Assembly: GCA_964187785.1 (NCBI GenBank)
Contig: OZ076409.1
Span: 79,672,001 to 79,736,000 of the forward strand
From: Amphiscolops sp. MND2022
Taxonomy: Eukaryota
Direction of reading: 5' to 3'
DNA length: 64,000 nt
The notes under the pieces were generated by a model that was given only the letters and a program-made list of their open reading frames with translations, made no database searches and had not been told where the DNA came from. A program made the position numbers and the translations under genes. Shown in pieces: positions 25,968 to 38,932 of this stretch (positions are counted from its first letter, which is position 1; each line of letters starts with the position of its first letter).

Positions 25968-28900
25968 TTAAAATCGGTGCGATCCACCAATTTCCGGACA
26001 CCCAATCCTTCCTCCATCCGTATCGAATCCAAGTCGCTCCAAAACAGCATCACGATAACCTTCGGGAGACTCTCTTCCAACTTCTTCCCACAAGCTTTCT
26101 AGCGTCACGCTGCTCAGATCCTCAATTCTCCCAACAGCCTCACTACATTCCGTAACTAGTCCATCAGGAATACTGTGTAGACTACGCACGCCCCGCGCAA
26201 CACACCAACTTCTAATTGTCCGGAAAATGCTCAACAAAGGCTCTGACGATAAAACTGGCAGACTAATTCTGACCATATTAACACTCTGATTAACGCTGCC
26301 GCTCAAACAAAACGATAACTGCATCATCCGCCGCAAAGTAACATCTGAAGCACCGTACTGCAACAACTCATTCTCATGGAAGTCTGAAGCATAATCATCA
26401 TTGTGGTCATCTCGAAATTGCCTGACGAACCGTACGTAAGATTCAGCCATAAGAGTCTTTTCTTCTTCTGCAATGACACCATTCCGCCCTAATGCTTCGA
26501 GAAAATAGCCAATGGTTTCCTGCATTTCATTGACTCTTCCCCGCATTAGTACATCTGGACACCAACAGGATAGAGCCATATTGACCTGATCAGATACTTG
26601 GGGCATCCGTAGCAAGTTGATGGCAACAGTAGTCAGGAACTCCTCAACAACAGTAACTGCCTCACGATATTCCTTTCCCCCCACAAGCATTGTTGCCACG
26701 GTGAGTTTCGAATGTCCGATACATCTGTGACTCTCTCCCCGCACTCAGTCGTAAACCGCTCAGCTGAAAACCAGCTCAACGATGCAGCTCAAAAGACTCA
26801 GGCACTGTCGAAGGTACTGCAACCATCAAACAAAGCTCTCGGACAGTACGTAACACTTCGGTGACTCCATACAATCCTCGGTGCAAGTGGTCACTGAAGG
26901 TCTGCTTCATATTCTTGAGTACTGAAGCAAAACGATAAAAGAACAACAAGTCAATGACCAGGTACACGCCGACGTAAACTGGGTATCCATACCCCCCACA
27001 CACATTACAAATTATACTTGACAAACACTTTAGAAGTCAAAATTGCTGTTACACACAAAATGACATAAGTCCGATGAAACCTATGGACGTTTTCCCCACC
27101 TCCAACAACACACGATGTATACACGATGAAACTTGTACAAAAAAATTTACTTGTAACAAAAGGGAAAATCTAACCAATTGAATATACCAATCCCACAGCA
27201 TGAAATTTCAAAGGGAGCCCTGACTCCTGCAATATCAACAACTCCATTCGCTTGGGATCTGCGCTTCCCCCATCTGGTCCAGACGCTGTAGCAAAGGCAC
27301 AAAGCCGTCCCATGACTGACGAAATTCTTCTAGTACAGACACTATCTCCCAATTGGAGATCTCACCAGCCACAACGCACTAAAACAAAGACACGTGACTA
27401 AACACACTGTATATATGAATTTTCACTCACATCCACATCGCTTTTCCATTTCCATTAACAGTTACAATTAAAAACCAAGTACAAGATCTCACTAACTCGC
27501 AACAAAGCAGGACAACTGAGCAGCACAGGATCAGTCAAACAATCACGTAGTTTCACCAGAAGAAAGTCCATTACCGCGTGAACGTCCTGCCCGTCGAACA
27601 CGGACGATCCAGCCGATGTGACGATCTGCAAAATGGAACACAATTGCACAGGATTCAGTTGCAAACCACGTCGATCACCGTCTCCTTCCAGCAAACCCCC
27701 CACAGATGAGAGACAACCACAACTGATCCCCACTGGGACAAAGTCGTCCACCACACAACTCCAGTAATCTGCGAGCCACTCTGATACTCGCTTCTCAAAA
27801 ATCTCAGTTGCGATGACCTCGAACAGGACCACACCACGTACTGCATCTGATTCAGCCACACTGACCGAGCAACGAACCACATTACGATCCCGATACAGGT
27901 ACAGGCCAACGGGACTTTCACCACATAGAGAAGCAGAAATCGTGCGAACAACATAAGGCCACACTCCGAAGATCAGAAGAGCCTAAAACAAATACAATCA
28001 CACACAAATCACCAATTAGTTCTACTACAACCAAATAAATCTTTAAAAGCCCATTCAATACCTCAAAAAATTCCCTCATGTCATGAAGCCCAATTAAAAC
28101 TTAAAAAGATGCAATACATGTAAACATGTACACATGAAGCATATACTAACAACTACGTCTTCGTTTCGACATCCGCCTCCGAAAAGACTTCCATAAGAGA
28201 CGTCCGTCGTCGCCAAGGAGTCCCACAAGCTGGTAAGGTCCGTAACGTCTCCACCTCGATAGAGCGCGTCAACAACTACGCAAAGAAACATTCTAAGGCT
28301 GCGCTCCCTATCAGGCACATCCTGCACAGTCGAACTCCAGATACTTCCACCTCCTGACTCAATCCGAAATACGTCCTGAACTGACAACGAAGGACACACC
28401 TCGACGTCTGGGACAGATAGCCCGCGTAACTCCTCCACCATCTGAGCTGCTTGTGCAACTCTCATCACAGCACCGGTTGGCCTTCGTAACAACAGTCCAC
28501 GCCGTAAACGCACTAGACAATCCAGTTTATGATGTATCACACCGCGACAATGTTCAAGAAATGTTGAGATTCCTCGACTGCCGACCTTCAGATCGCAACG
28601 GCATAGAAGGCACCGCACATACGCATCGGACGAACGATGCTCCCGAGCAAAACCAAGTGAAATTCCTGCATAAGGTTGCAGAAACCAGGTCGCTTTAATG
28701 CTATTCAATGCCACTAAAACAAACCAGATGGAAAACCGATGCAACCACCCTACTGGCCGCAGGACAGAAGGGACTTCAGTTCTAGTAACTATAACGATGA
28801 AAAAACGATGTTTTAACTGCATTAGTTAAAGAAAACTCCCACGATGCAAAAACGATAAAAACTCTGAAAACGAAAAACTGAGAAAAAACGAAAGAACAAA

Positions 28901-29730
28901 ATCGAAAACAAAACCTAAATAATTGCTTAAGTAGTCAAGAAAACCAAAAACTTGGAAAACAGTGAGTCACATGATCGATGAAGATGTTTAGTTTACCTGC
29001 CCGAACTGGCCGACTACCAACGAAGGAACAGATGAATCCAAGATGGAAGCCCCCGCCTCACCCACAACGGAAACACTTCCAGAGGGCCTCACGACATCTT
29101 CAGCTACATCAAGGTCCATCTCCTCTGACTCCCTCTGCTTATTATCAGAGACCGCCCCGACGCTGTCTGACACCTCAGAAGGAGACCCAATCGCAAACTC
29201 ACGACCCGTTTGGGTAGCAACTTCACACGGTAGCTCAGTCACTTCACGTCCACAGACACAAGACACAAGATGTCGAACGACAGGTCTCGCAACTGACTGC
29301 ACCTCACGAGGGACTGAAAGTAACAACATTCATCGTTCTTACATCGCTACCACAATTACGATGAGAAACCGATGAAACTCATGTAACCAGCATATATCCG
29401 CTAACAGAGCTAGCCAAGACCGACAATACACATAAATTGACTTACTGGCACTAGCAAGCTCTTCTCTCACGGTACTACGCAAGTACCCATCGTACCACCC
29501 CAAGGACAAAGAACCCAGCGGTTGTTGCCAAGGAGTGTAAACTGAAATAACATGACGATTGATTGATGATGGATACCCGATGGAATTGATGAACAGACGG
29601 AATATGACTCACATTGGGGATACATGGGCACCAACGGATGATGCGATATGGGAGTCTGGACCGTCGTAATCGGTCCCACACCAGTGAGTTCTGCATAGAC
29701 TCTTGGGCTCCCAGACCCGGACGGCGTCAT
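25968..29730 (-). pseudogene. Antisense spliced accessory gene of the Gypsy element: BED/TTF-type zinc finger plus hAT-transposase-like body (~900 aa when reconstructed)
   Basis: Exons 29730-29613, 29541-29446, 29313-28997, ~28800-28151, 27982-27497, 27378-27175 and 26921-25968, joined by GT..AG introns. Zinc finger W..F...VRCLLCRCDLKVGSRGISTFLEHCRGVIH. A few frameshifts and stops in this copy. Confidence 0.75.
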
Positions 29731-29934
29731 TCTTTCTTCAGCAGCTAAATAAAGTGTAACATCAACAACACGCGTGCCCAAAAACCTGAACTGGTATAAC
29801 GATGGAAGTTCGATTACTCACTCAGTACATTCATCTCGTCAATTGACTCTCGATTGTCGGACATCGTGACGATAGATCAAAAAAACAACGATTGCAATCT
29901 GAAATAATAGAACATGAATGAAGGTAGATAATTA

Positions 29935-30300
29935 ATGCGCATTCATTTTGACGAAACGAAAACATGGCTAAACGACAAATATGATGGCCTGATCAACCGT
30001 GATATGACACCGATTTATCTCGCAGATTCAAAAGAACAAACAACGTTTCGACTACATCTAACAATATCAAGCCAAAGAGAAGAAAAATCTGACCAAAATT
30101 CTTCAAAATTGATGCAAATTCTCTATCTCCTTCCACCAACTAGCAGAGGAAACTACGGTTTGACTACATTTATTTACTCAAAATTCAATGAAAATCTTCT
30201 CAAAGTGTTAGATGCAGCTGCCAGCGTCGTTAGCAATTTGAATGATTTACACACTGAGCGGAAAGACGCACTCGAAATTGTGGCTACATTGTTGACTTAA
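29935..30300 (+). CDS. 121-aa sense-strand ORF of unknown function in the Gypsy 3' region
   Basis: ATG-initiated ORF with protein-like composition. No recognised domain. Confidence 0.35.
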   Translation: MRIHFDETKTWLNDKYDGLINRDMTPIYLADSKEQTTFRLHLTISSQREEKSDQNSSKLMQILYLLPPTSRGNYGLTTFIYSKFNENLLKVLDAAASVVSNLNDLHTERKDALEIVATLLT

Positions 30301-30823
30301 TGACTAATTACAATAACTGAACGTTTCCTCCTCGCACACAGTTGGAATTCCTACCGCAACCACTCATTCAATATTACGTCATTTTTCGTTCACGCTTGTT
30401 ATGAAATTCCAACCACAGTCCATTCAACTTCTTTCACATGTTGTTTCACTCTCTTTGATGAACCAAACAATAATGAATTCATCTCCGCCAACCCACCCCA
30501 GTTATAAAACGAGATTCTACATCCACTCCTGACAGCCAAAGATGCCGATCCGCGGACAATCGACGGGCCAAGAACTAGAACTGACGCGTCCGAAATTTAA
30601 CCGATATAACCAAGTTCACAGCCGATATTAACCCGATGAAAGATGTCTCCTTCTCAGAGAAGATACAAATGAGACAAAACCAACGAAGGCACCAAACAAT
30701 TGAGAACCAACGAAGGCAATTCCCCTGAGACCAACGAAGGAAAATGTCAAAGCCCACGCTGCGACAACCATCCTCTGCACATTTGGCCCCTGCGCTCCCC
30801 TTCCAAATCCCTCCCCCCGGGAG

Positions 30824-32594
30824 TGTCATGCCAGCATGATGGAAATATAATCTACTAAATATCTGTAATGTAAATAATATGTCTTATGTACATAGATATG
30901 GGCAATATGATGTCATATAATAAGACCTATGGTTGTGAGCAACCCTACGTTACTTGTACCTAACCCCCTACTTCCCCAGTGAGAATTGAGCTATTTATCT
31001 ATTTAATACTGAGCATTCTAGTTCCGTTTGTCCGCAATTCATGATCGTGCTAATAAGCAAATGATGCTATTTTACAATTAATGGCTTGTCACGAGAAAAG
31101 AAAGTAGTTTCTCGGTCAAACTGGACCGACATAACGAATACACGAGATTGACACTCGCTAGAGAACTCCCGCCTCAGAGGAAACTAGCGCGACAAGCCTC
31201 CTCTCTTTGAAATACACCAAACGATGAAATAACGATTTTATTGGTGCTAGAACTCATAATTTAACTCAATCTAACAAGTTTCATCCATATTACATCGTTT
31301 AACTGTGACCAGAACGCCAGAAAACGAGAGAATTGAAAAACGATGTAAAAGCGATGAAACTACCTGATTGAATACTTGTTGCCATATGTTTCATCATTTG
31401 TGCATCACTCACGCTTCCAAAACCTGAAAACAGTGCTAGAATAACTAACGATGAATTAACGATGAAAATCTTTCATCGTTTCCTCATCTATAGCTAAATC
31501 ACGCTTCCAAGACCTGAAAATAGTGCTAAAATTGGGAACGATGGAAAAACGATGGAAATCTTTCATCGTTTTTTCATCTGTAGTCAAAATTCGCCTATAA
31601 TGATGATAAAGTGATGTAACTACTCCAGAACTATATGCAGTGCTCTCCCCGCAACTCATTTCATCGTTTTCACATTTAGTTGATCGCTTTAACACTAGAG
31701 CGAAGTTCATTCACCATTCCTGCATCCGCAGCCACACAAACAGAATCAACTAGTGAAAACGATGCCAAAACGACAAAGTTACCGAATCCCGTATCTCCAG
31801 TTAGATTAGCGCTATTGATTCATCGTTTTTACATCACATTTGTTTAAAATTGATTTAATCGATCCCCCGTTAGATTGTACCCCAGTTTGATGTAATTTCG
31901 ACACTTGCCGTGACTCAGACGGCGCTTATTACAAGTTACTAGTTTGAATGCAATAAATATTCATAGTAATTGGTTTAAATAGATTTAGCGCGCAATTTCA
32001 ATTGGTAGCCCTCCAGCGACATGCAGTACAACCGGTCACGTGACCAAGTGCTAATTAACACCTTGCTAACCAACCAATGAGAACGAAACGATGGTAAGAA
32101 TTGAGTCTTACCATCGAGCTGGTGGAAGGCTACCTCGGATACACACAAGATAACTAATGCCACTTTGTACAAGTACTTGTATTACTCATCCTTTATACGT
32201 ATCATACTCCAGATTTTACAACAATTCAACTCTTATCCACAATAGTCATCTCTTCTCCATCATATGAGTTCTGATTCTCAAATAACTTTAAGAAACGGGA
32301 AAACACTACTTTGTACTACTTCAATAAATTCAACGAGACCTACTTACGAAGGGGATATCGTTGACATGGAAAATAACAATGAAAACGTAAATGAACAAGC
32401 CCAGTCAGGACAAAGTTCGTCGAATCCTGAGATAGCTTCTCAGAGGGTCAATGACGAAAGGTTTAGCTACTTAGAATCAGAAATGTCTATGCTGAAAGCC
32501 ATGATGGAAAAGTTGCTAGAACAAAACGAAGAGAGAAATAGACAAACGGATACCAATGCCGCAGCATCTTCGTTCGCGGTACGGTCGTCCAACA
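30824..32594 (+). repeat. 3' LTR (1771 bp)
   Basis: Direct repeat of 16795-18560. Confidence 0.97.
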
Positions 32595-32599
32595 ATCAA

Positions 32600-33195
32600 G
32601 GCGTACCACAAAGTATCGTTCGAAGTCCACTGCTGTTTAATATGTCGATCAATAAACGTATGAAATTGTAAAAGATTGTCTCACGCAATTTATGCAAAAA
32701 GTGATAGAGTTTTTGAAACTCATCAGCTAAATATTAATAAATTACGAACTAACTTCAAATTCGTCTGCCAAAAAGTTCAATACAAATTAGCTCGCGTTTC
32801 GTGTTTTGCTGATTCAAAGACATATTTTCTTCAAAAAGCTTGACAACGAGAAAGCTTCTGGGATTGTACATTGACCAAAATTCGGACTTTCAACATGAGG
32901 GGAAAAATATACTGAGCAAAATGGCTCGTGGAATCAAAATAATCTACCATCTATGCGATGTTTTGCCGGATAAAGTGAGACTTAACTTGTTGAACTTCTA
33001 ATATTCAGTCATTTAAGGTGTTTTTCACTTATAGCTAGTGGAAATGGAAATAGTTTAATCACAACTCTGGCGAAACAACCGAATTGGGGAACAACAGCAT
33101 GTTTATCATTGGTAATTGCGATAGCTCTACGGAACTGAAAATCAAATATCAACGGTTTTTCTCGATTTTAAGCTGCAATGTCATTGTAATAAATG
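32600..33195 (+). pseudogene. Continuation of the same LINE RT remnant
   Basis: GVPQSIVRSPLLFNMSIN (decayed GVPQGSVLGPLLF..YIND) follows the TSD immediately. KLLGLYIDQN occurs near 32852. Confidence 0.7.
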
Positions 33196-33200
33196 GTCCA

Positions 33201-35480
33201 TGTTACGACTATTTACCGGTGTTGTTTTAGGGTTAGTCGCAGTATGAATTTTGACGGGGGTAGACGTCCTTGTTACGTCCTTGTTCTCAGGTTCAGTGTC
33301 AGAGTCTTGAACATTCATGTGGACAGTTTGTTTCTTGCTTAAAGTGCTATCAGTTTAAGCATTTCCTTTTGGTTTTCTGCAAGTATTTTAGTTAGATCAG
33401 ACATGATTTCTTTCCTTAGAGACGTTTTTATCTCAGTCAGGCTCTCAGGTTCTATTCTAGGAACTTTGCTAGAGCTAGCTACGAGGTTTTCAGACGGAGA
33501 GTTTTCGGTTACGGAGGTTTCAAAATCCCCAGAAACTAACTCAGCTACAGCTCTGCTTTTCTGACTTCTAGTTGTCATTTTTATTGTTGAAAAGTAGGGT
33601 CTTTGGTAAGAGGTGAATTCTTCGAAGAAGATTTTTGTTTAGCGTTAGAGCAACGGAACAGTTCAAGTTTATAACAACTTACAAAGTTAACTCACTAAAT
33701 TTACATGTCTTGTCTAAGTATTTATACCTTCTCAGCATCATTTGTTCCTCACCTAAAAATTCCTAGGTATCATAAAATCGGGTTTGTTCATCAAAAAGCG
33801 CTAATGATTCAGAATATTTCACTCCCGCGTCATGAAATCAGGTATCCAAATTCCTAGTTGCGTCAGTTTTCCGTAAAACTCCGTTGAAATCATTTTTGTT
33901 CAGGCGATCCATTTCCTGTTTAACCCTTAAAATTGCGGCAAAATGAAAGTCTAACTTAAATTTTCATCGGCGTAGGCACGCCGGCGTGATCGATTAGTCA
34001 ATTCCTAACTCAAGAAAGTTGAGATTCGAAGCAAAAGAATGACTCGCAAAAATTGTAGCGGAACTGAAACGGAGCAAAGGGAATTTTAGAACGCGGATAT
34101 TTGAATACTATTGAGGAACAGGCAATGCTAAGAAAAATATAATGATGACCTACAATTAATGTGTGTAAACCGAACAACTGCATCTACAGTAAACTCAAAC
34201 TTGACCTATACGTGGCCATAACGTAACAAGTACAAATTACAAAGTACAAATTAGTAGGAAAAAATACACCTGCAGACGACAATTACTTTGCACCCGAATG
34301 AACATCGTATATGAATAAATAAAACAGTTATCCTGCAAGAATAGCACTTGGTATGGGTTTGACGTTAACCTTACGTTAAGTTCTGTGAATTATTTCAGCG
34401 ATAAGCCACTATTTACTGAATACATGAAAACTCTTAATGTGACGCAAGGTAAACGTGATTTAGAAAATGTTTGTAATAGCACAACATCGTTACCCTTCAA
34501 TCATTGTTTTTACTTCTCTTTACAGTACAACTTTTTACATGAGGACTTATTTCCAGAACCCTTTAAGTGCGTCGATTCAGAAAGAGCCTTATTTGGTTTC
34601 CGTTTAAACTAATGCTTCATCGCTGCTATTTTACGAAAAGCTCCGTAGGTGCTCCGTACGTATTTAGATCAACTATAGCTGACCGGCGGAATACATTTTT
34701 ACAATTCGTTCCGTAACTGCTCCGTACGTATTAAGAATAGCTATAGCCAAGCAGCGGTGGCTGACGGAGTTAAAGCGGAGAGCGTAGGCGAATTCATTCT
34801 TCCTTTTAGCTAATTGGCGTTGCTAGGGGCAACCAAGCATGGTTTCTATCAGCTTGAGCGCAAATAATCCAACTAAAGAAGCGACGCTATTGGTCCGTAA
34901 AAATAGAAACACCTATTACCAGCTTAGTTGAGTGACGCAGTCAAGGCATTGTAAACATTCTCTCAAGCTGGTTTATTGCAAACTTAAGTGAATATTGACA
35001 ACCATTTAACCGCCGGAAAACACTTCCACTATTCTGTCTGTATGTTTTTTCATTTTAGATCGTATGTACTCCGTTGGGATCTCGGAGTTGAATATTATTT
35101 TTGATGCTTTCATTTTAGTGTGGAACAGAAGAAAAATGATCCCGATTAGAGAATGTTTCTGTCTTAATGTTTAGATTAGTATGGCTAAATTCAGAAGACG
35201 ATACCGGAAATGAGAGTAGCGCTACGCGTGAAAATAATTGACCAGAAGTTTTAGCTAGCTTAGAATCATTTCTGAAAATATTCCGTAACACTTACGTTGG
35301 ATTTCCGCATTCGGAGAATTACTTGCAATTAATTTAGCTGTACTGTAAAGAGAGATTTTAGGTTAGTTTATCAAAGTTTCTAAATTCAATGATAGTTACC
35401 TCGGCCTTGTCCTCGGCCTCTACCAAATCCTGGGATGCTACTGCAACAGGTGAAATTACGACCGGGAGCGGGTCGTGACA
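33201..35480 (-). mobile_element. Ty3/Gypsy solo LTR of another family (2280 bp), inserted at the end of the LINE remnant
   Basis: Inverted termini TGTTACGAC / GTCGTGACA with perfect TSD GTCCA. The minus-strand ORF MTTRSQKSRAV...EIKTSLRKEIMSDL (33578) runs, after one frameshift, to the LTR end (...PVNSRN). Confidence 0.88.
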
Positions 35481-38185
35481 GTCCAGAAATGAAATCCCTG
35501 CCTTGAAGGATCTGAACATTGCGACTGTCAGTGTAAGGTCTCATTTAAGAACCGAAGTAACTAACAGTGCACATCTTTGTAAAACACATACCAGTTAGAG
35601 AAAATATTCTTCACCAGGCTGTTAAACTTTGAAACGATTTACCAGTCGACATGAAAACGCGGCGGTTTTCTTACATTACAGCGAAGAATAAAATCAAAAA
35701 TTATTTTCCCCAGCTGTTCCTGAATGGCAAAGATAGACCTATTTACGAGGAAAAAACATTAGAAAAACATTGATCCAAAACTAAAAACCAATCCAAAATG
35801 ACAATAACTAACTTTTAATTGGTGATATGTATCTTGTTCTCAATCATCAACATTTTAATATTTGTTTTGCTGTTTTCTGCATGATTTAGCACTCACTTTT
35901 TATTTAGTTTCCACACCAATTTTCTATACGGTAAAAATTTGGCTTTTTACGTATAAAGGGTAATATAGTGTTTTCTTTTGTTTCATCTGACGATGCATAC
36001 TATTACCTTGAAAAGAGGATTTCATTTCTAGAAAACCTAAAAACTGAAACGTGTTTGAATACAAACTTATCGAATTTTTCGAATATGAACTTCTCGTATC
36101 AGTGAAAATCACACATAGCCAAAAAATCTCAAAGAGGGCCTCTTTGTTCGCAATATGCTTTATGACTGTTGAAGTTTTTTAAATTTCCTGGCTGAAACTA
36201 ATTTTTTTTGTTGGCCAGAATGAAAGCTAAAATACTACCTTTATAATTGTCTTTTGGAACCCGCTAGTCATTTTGATGTTGCCGCCGGTATCTTTTCATT
36301 CAAAACAAAGATGTCCCTGTAGTTGAACTTCATTTTCTTGAAAAAGTCTGCAAAATGCTGAGTTATCAAAAATTTCCAGAAGCTTTTTCATATTTGCAGC
36401 AATGGATTTCATTATTAATTAAGTGGCAGTCAATATCTAAAGTGGATGTTATTCAACAAGGATAAATTCTACGGTTAGCGCTTTTAGCACAAAAGTATCT
36501 TTCGAAAACTATTGATCAAAAGAATTATTGTTGATAGCTTGAAAACTGAACGAAGCTGGGAGAATTTCGAACATTTTTTGAAAAAGTATTGTTGTTGTCA
36601 AGATACGAAACCTTGACTTACCCTCAGGTAGCGAAGCAACTGGGCGTCTTCCAGATTGACAGCCAAAAAAAACAGTCTTTTATGACAGTTTTCCTATGTT
36701 TAATAACGAAATATTAGTCTTAATGCAAGTATATAAGTACTTGACACTGGAAAAGAATGTGGTATGAATCACTGGTAACCTGTTATTGCAAAAGGCGGGA
36801 ACCCAGAACCCGGAGTTTGAGAATGGGATGACATACATAGTTCAAACGTCCGTCTACTAGAGTAAGTTTCCCAGCTGCCATTTTCCAGCATGGCAATACA
36901 ATTGAAAATATCAACATTGAGAGATCAAGGGCTGAAAATATCAGCGATAAGATAAGAGTATTAAGAACTAAAATTCCATTCAACAAACAAGAAGCCGGAA
37001 CTTTCCAGCAGAAGCTTCGATCTAATCTACCTAATTTCCGTGGAATAGCGTCTCCCGAAGAAAAAAAAAGCAAAAATTATGCCAATCAACTCCGTCAAAA
37101 CACCACAATTGCCCTAAACACCTTTATGAAAATGACTGAACATGCTGATAGAATGTGCTGAAAGAAAGATGCCAATTAAAATATAGTCCGCAAAAAGAGC
37201 GAAACAAGAACTTTGAGTGCAGCCTGAAAACTATAATAAACTAAGAAAATGAACGCAATCAAACCAGCGAGGGACACTCTATTCGGGTTTTTTTGCAACC
37301 TTTGCAGGGTATGAGCAAACAAAAAAGACACCCCTTTAAAAAATCTCTCCTTAGCTTTCTTTCGACAAACTCACTTTTAAGAAGCGAGTCTCAGTTAGTA
37401 ACAGTAATTGGAGAACAAAATCAAGACAAACATTTGAGACATTTCATAAAAGATACCACCTGAGGTTTATAACCCCCGCACATGTACTTCACGTCTTATC
37501 AGCCCGTCGTCCTTCCAAGGCCAAAGTCAGACGCGGCATGGAAGTACAATAATCTAGTTAACTGATGCTGTGAAACGCACAAACATCAAGAAAAAAACAA
37601 TTGTGGCAGTTTTTGATTATTATGAAATCAAATTTTAACTGCACTTTGTAACTTAGTAATTGAAAGGCAACATTAGAATACTGAAAACTTTTCCACAGAT
37701 CTGAAAACGTTACCCAGATGAAAAGAAACTCAACTTCGACGCTGTTGAGATGCAAACATCTTCGTTGGGAGAGATTATTTGGCCAAAAAACCACAGGGAG
37801 AACCTTTCATGCTGAATAAGTTTTCTAGCCTGGCATATCCATAAAATTGAAAGGCAGTCACTACGATGAGTATTTTCCCATTCAAGTAACGCAGGGACTT
37901 TGGGCTTTAAAACGATTGTTCCTAATTGAAAACATAAAAAAAGTAGAAAAACGAAATTCTACATTTTGTTGAGTTAACAGATCGAGAAAATTCGCATGAT
38001 GCCAGATAAATCGAGGAGTGACCTTTCTGCCTCAATAAATTTTGTAAAATTCATAAAAGAAGCAAAAAAACGTTTAGCACAAGTGTGTACACCTCATATT
38101 TTTAGGCCATTTGAAAGTATTTGATGGAATGTTTCTCAAAAAAAGCAAAAAAGGAGAATAGTCTCCTATATTTATTATTCATACC

Positions 38186-38932
38186 AAAACGAGAACGTCT
38201 CAATTCGGCGCCACACTGGAGGTCCTAAACGCGCAATGTTTTTAGAATATGCTCAGGGCGTTTATTATGACAAAAGTATCGAAACACCCAAAGGGAACCT
38301 TTCATGCACGGAAAACGCTTCAGAAGTTCGGATACGGCGTGCGGGGCCAGATGGTAGCGTTTTTTTCGAACATACGCTTCCTCTTTCACGGTAAAACGGA
38401 ATTCACTTAGAATATAACCTCAGAAGTTCATATAGAGCGTTAGAGCGTGCTGGAACAAAACGCAGCTCACTTCCGATAAAACGTCAAAGTTCCGAAACAG
38501 TGCAATAATTTCGATCCTCCGCTTTCTCTTCAATTAATAAATAGGGTCTTGGCTTTGCTTTCGAAATCAAAAACAACACATTTTGCCTCGTAGCTTGGGA
38601 AGGGAATCTCTGTGCTAATTTTTGTAACAAGACGCACCTTAAAAGCAGGATTTTTTTCGTCCCAAACTCTTTTAACAACGATATAATTATGAGGGCCAAG
38701 AATAGCTGACGAAATAGCAAAAAAGTTTGGAGAAATGAAAATTTTAGCATTTTCGGACTCATCTTGTCCCATTTTTACAGGAAACACTTAAATTTAGGAT
38801 CACATCAAGTACCTAACCAATTTGTTCTGTAGTTCAGTAGTTCCTGTTGTAATGTGTCCACTACTGTTGTTATCTGACGAAAAAAACTGTACCAGTCGCG
38901 CTCATATTCTACTAAATTGCGCTGACTAAAAA
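38186..38932 (-). mobile_element. Helentron/DINE-1-like copy (diverged)
   Basis: ACGAGAACGTCTCAATTCGGCGCC ... GCGCTGACTAAAAA. Confidence 0.55.

Larger units (their letters stand above)
16795..32594 (+). mobile_element. Full-length 15.8-kb Ty3/Gypsy (Metaviridae) LTR retrotransposon with an antisense accessory gene
   Basis: TG...CA LTRs at 16795-18560 and 30824-32594. Perfect 5-bp TSD ATCAA (16790-16794 and 32595-32599). Domain order gag-PR-RT-RH-IN. Confidence 0.97.

Noticed and set aside
26744..26765. Two in-frame TGAs at Trp-like positions suggesting an alternative genetic code
   Set aside because: TGG is used for Trp throughout and this copy has other lesions, so point mutations are the simpler explanation.
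29043..29375. 110-aa Ser/Thr-rich plus-strand ORF
   Set aside because: It is the shadow of an exon of the antisense gene.
25968..29730. env gene, or an independently inserted hAT transposon
   Set aside because: It is antisense, with no signal peptide, furin site or TM anchor. I saw no TIR or 8-bp TSD, and its introns carry the host element's motif.
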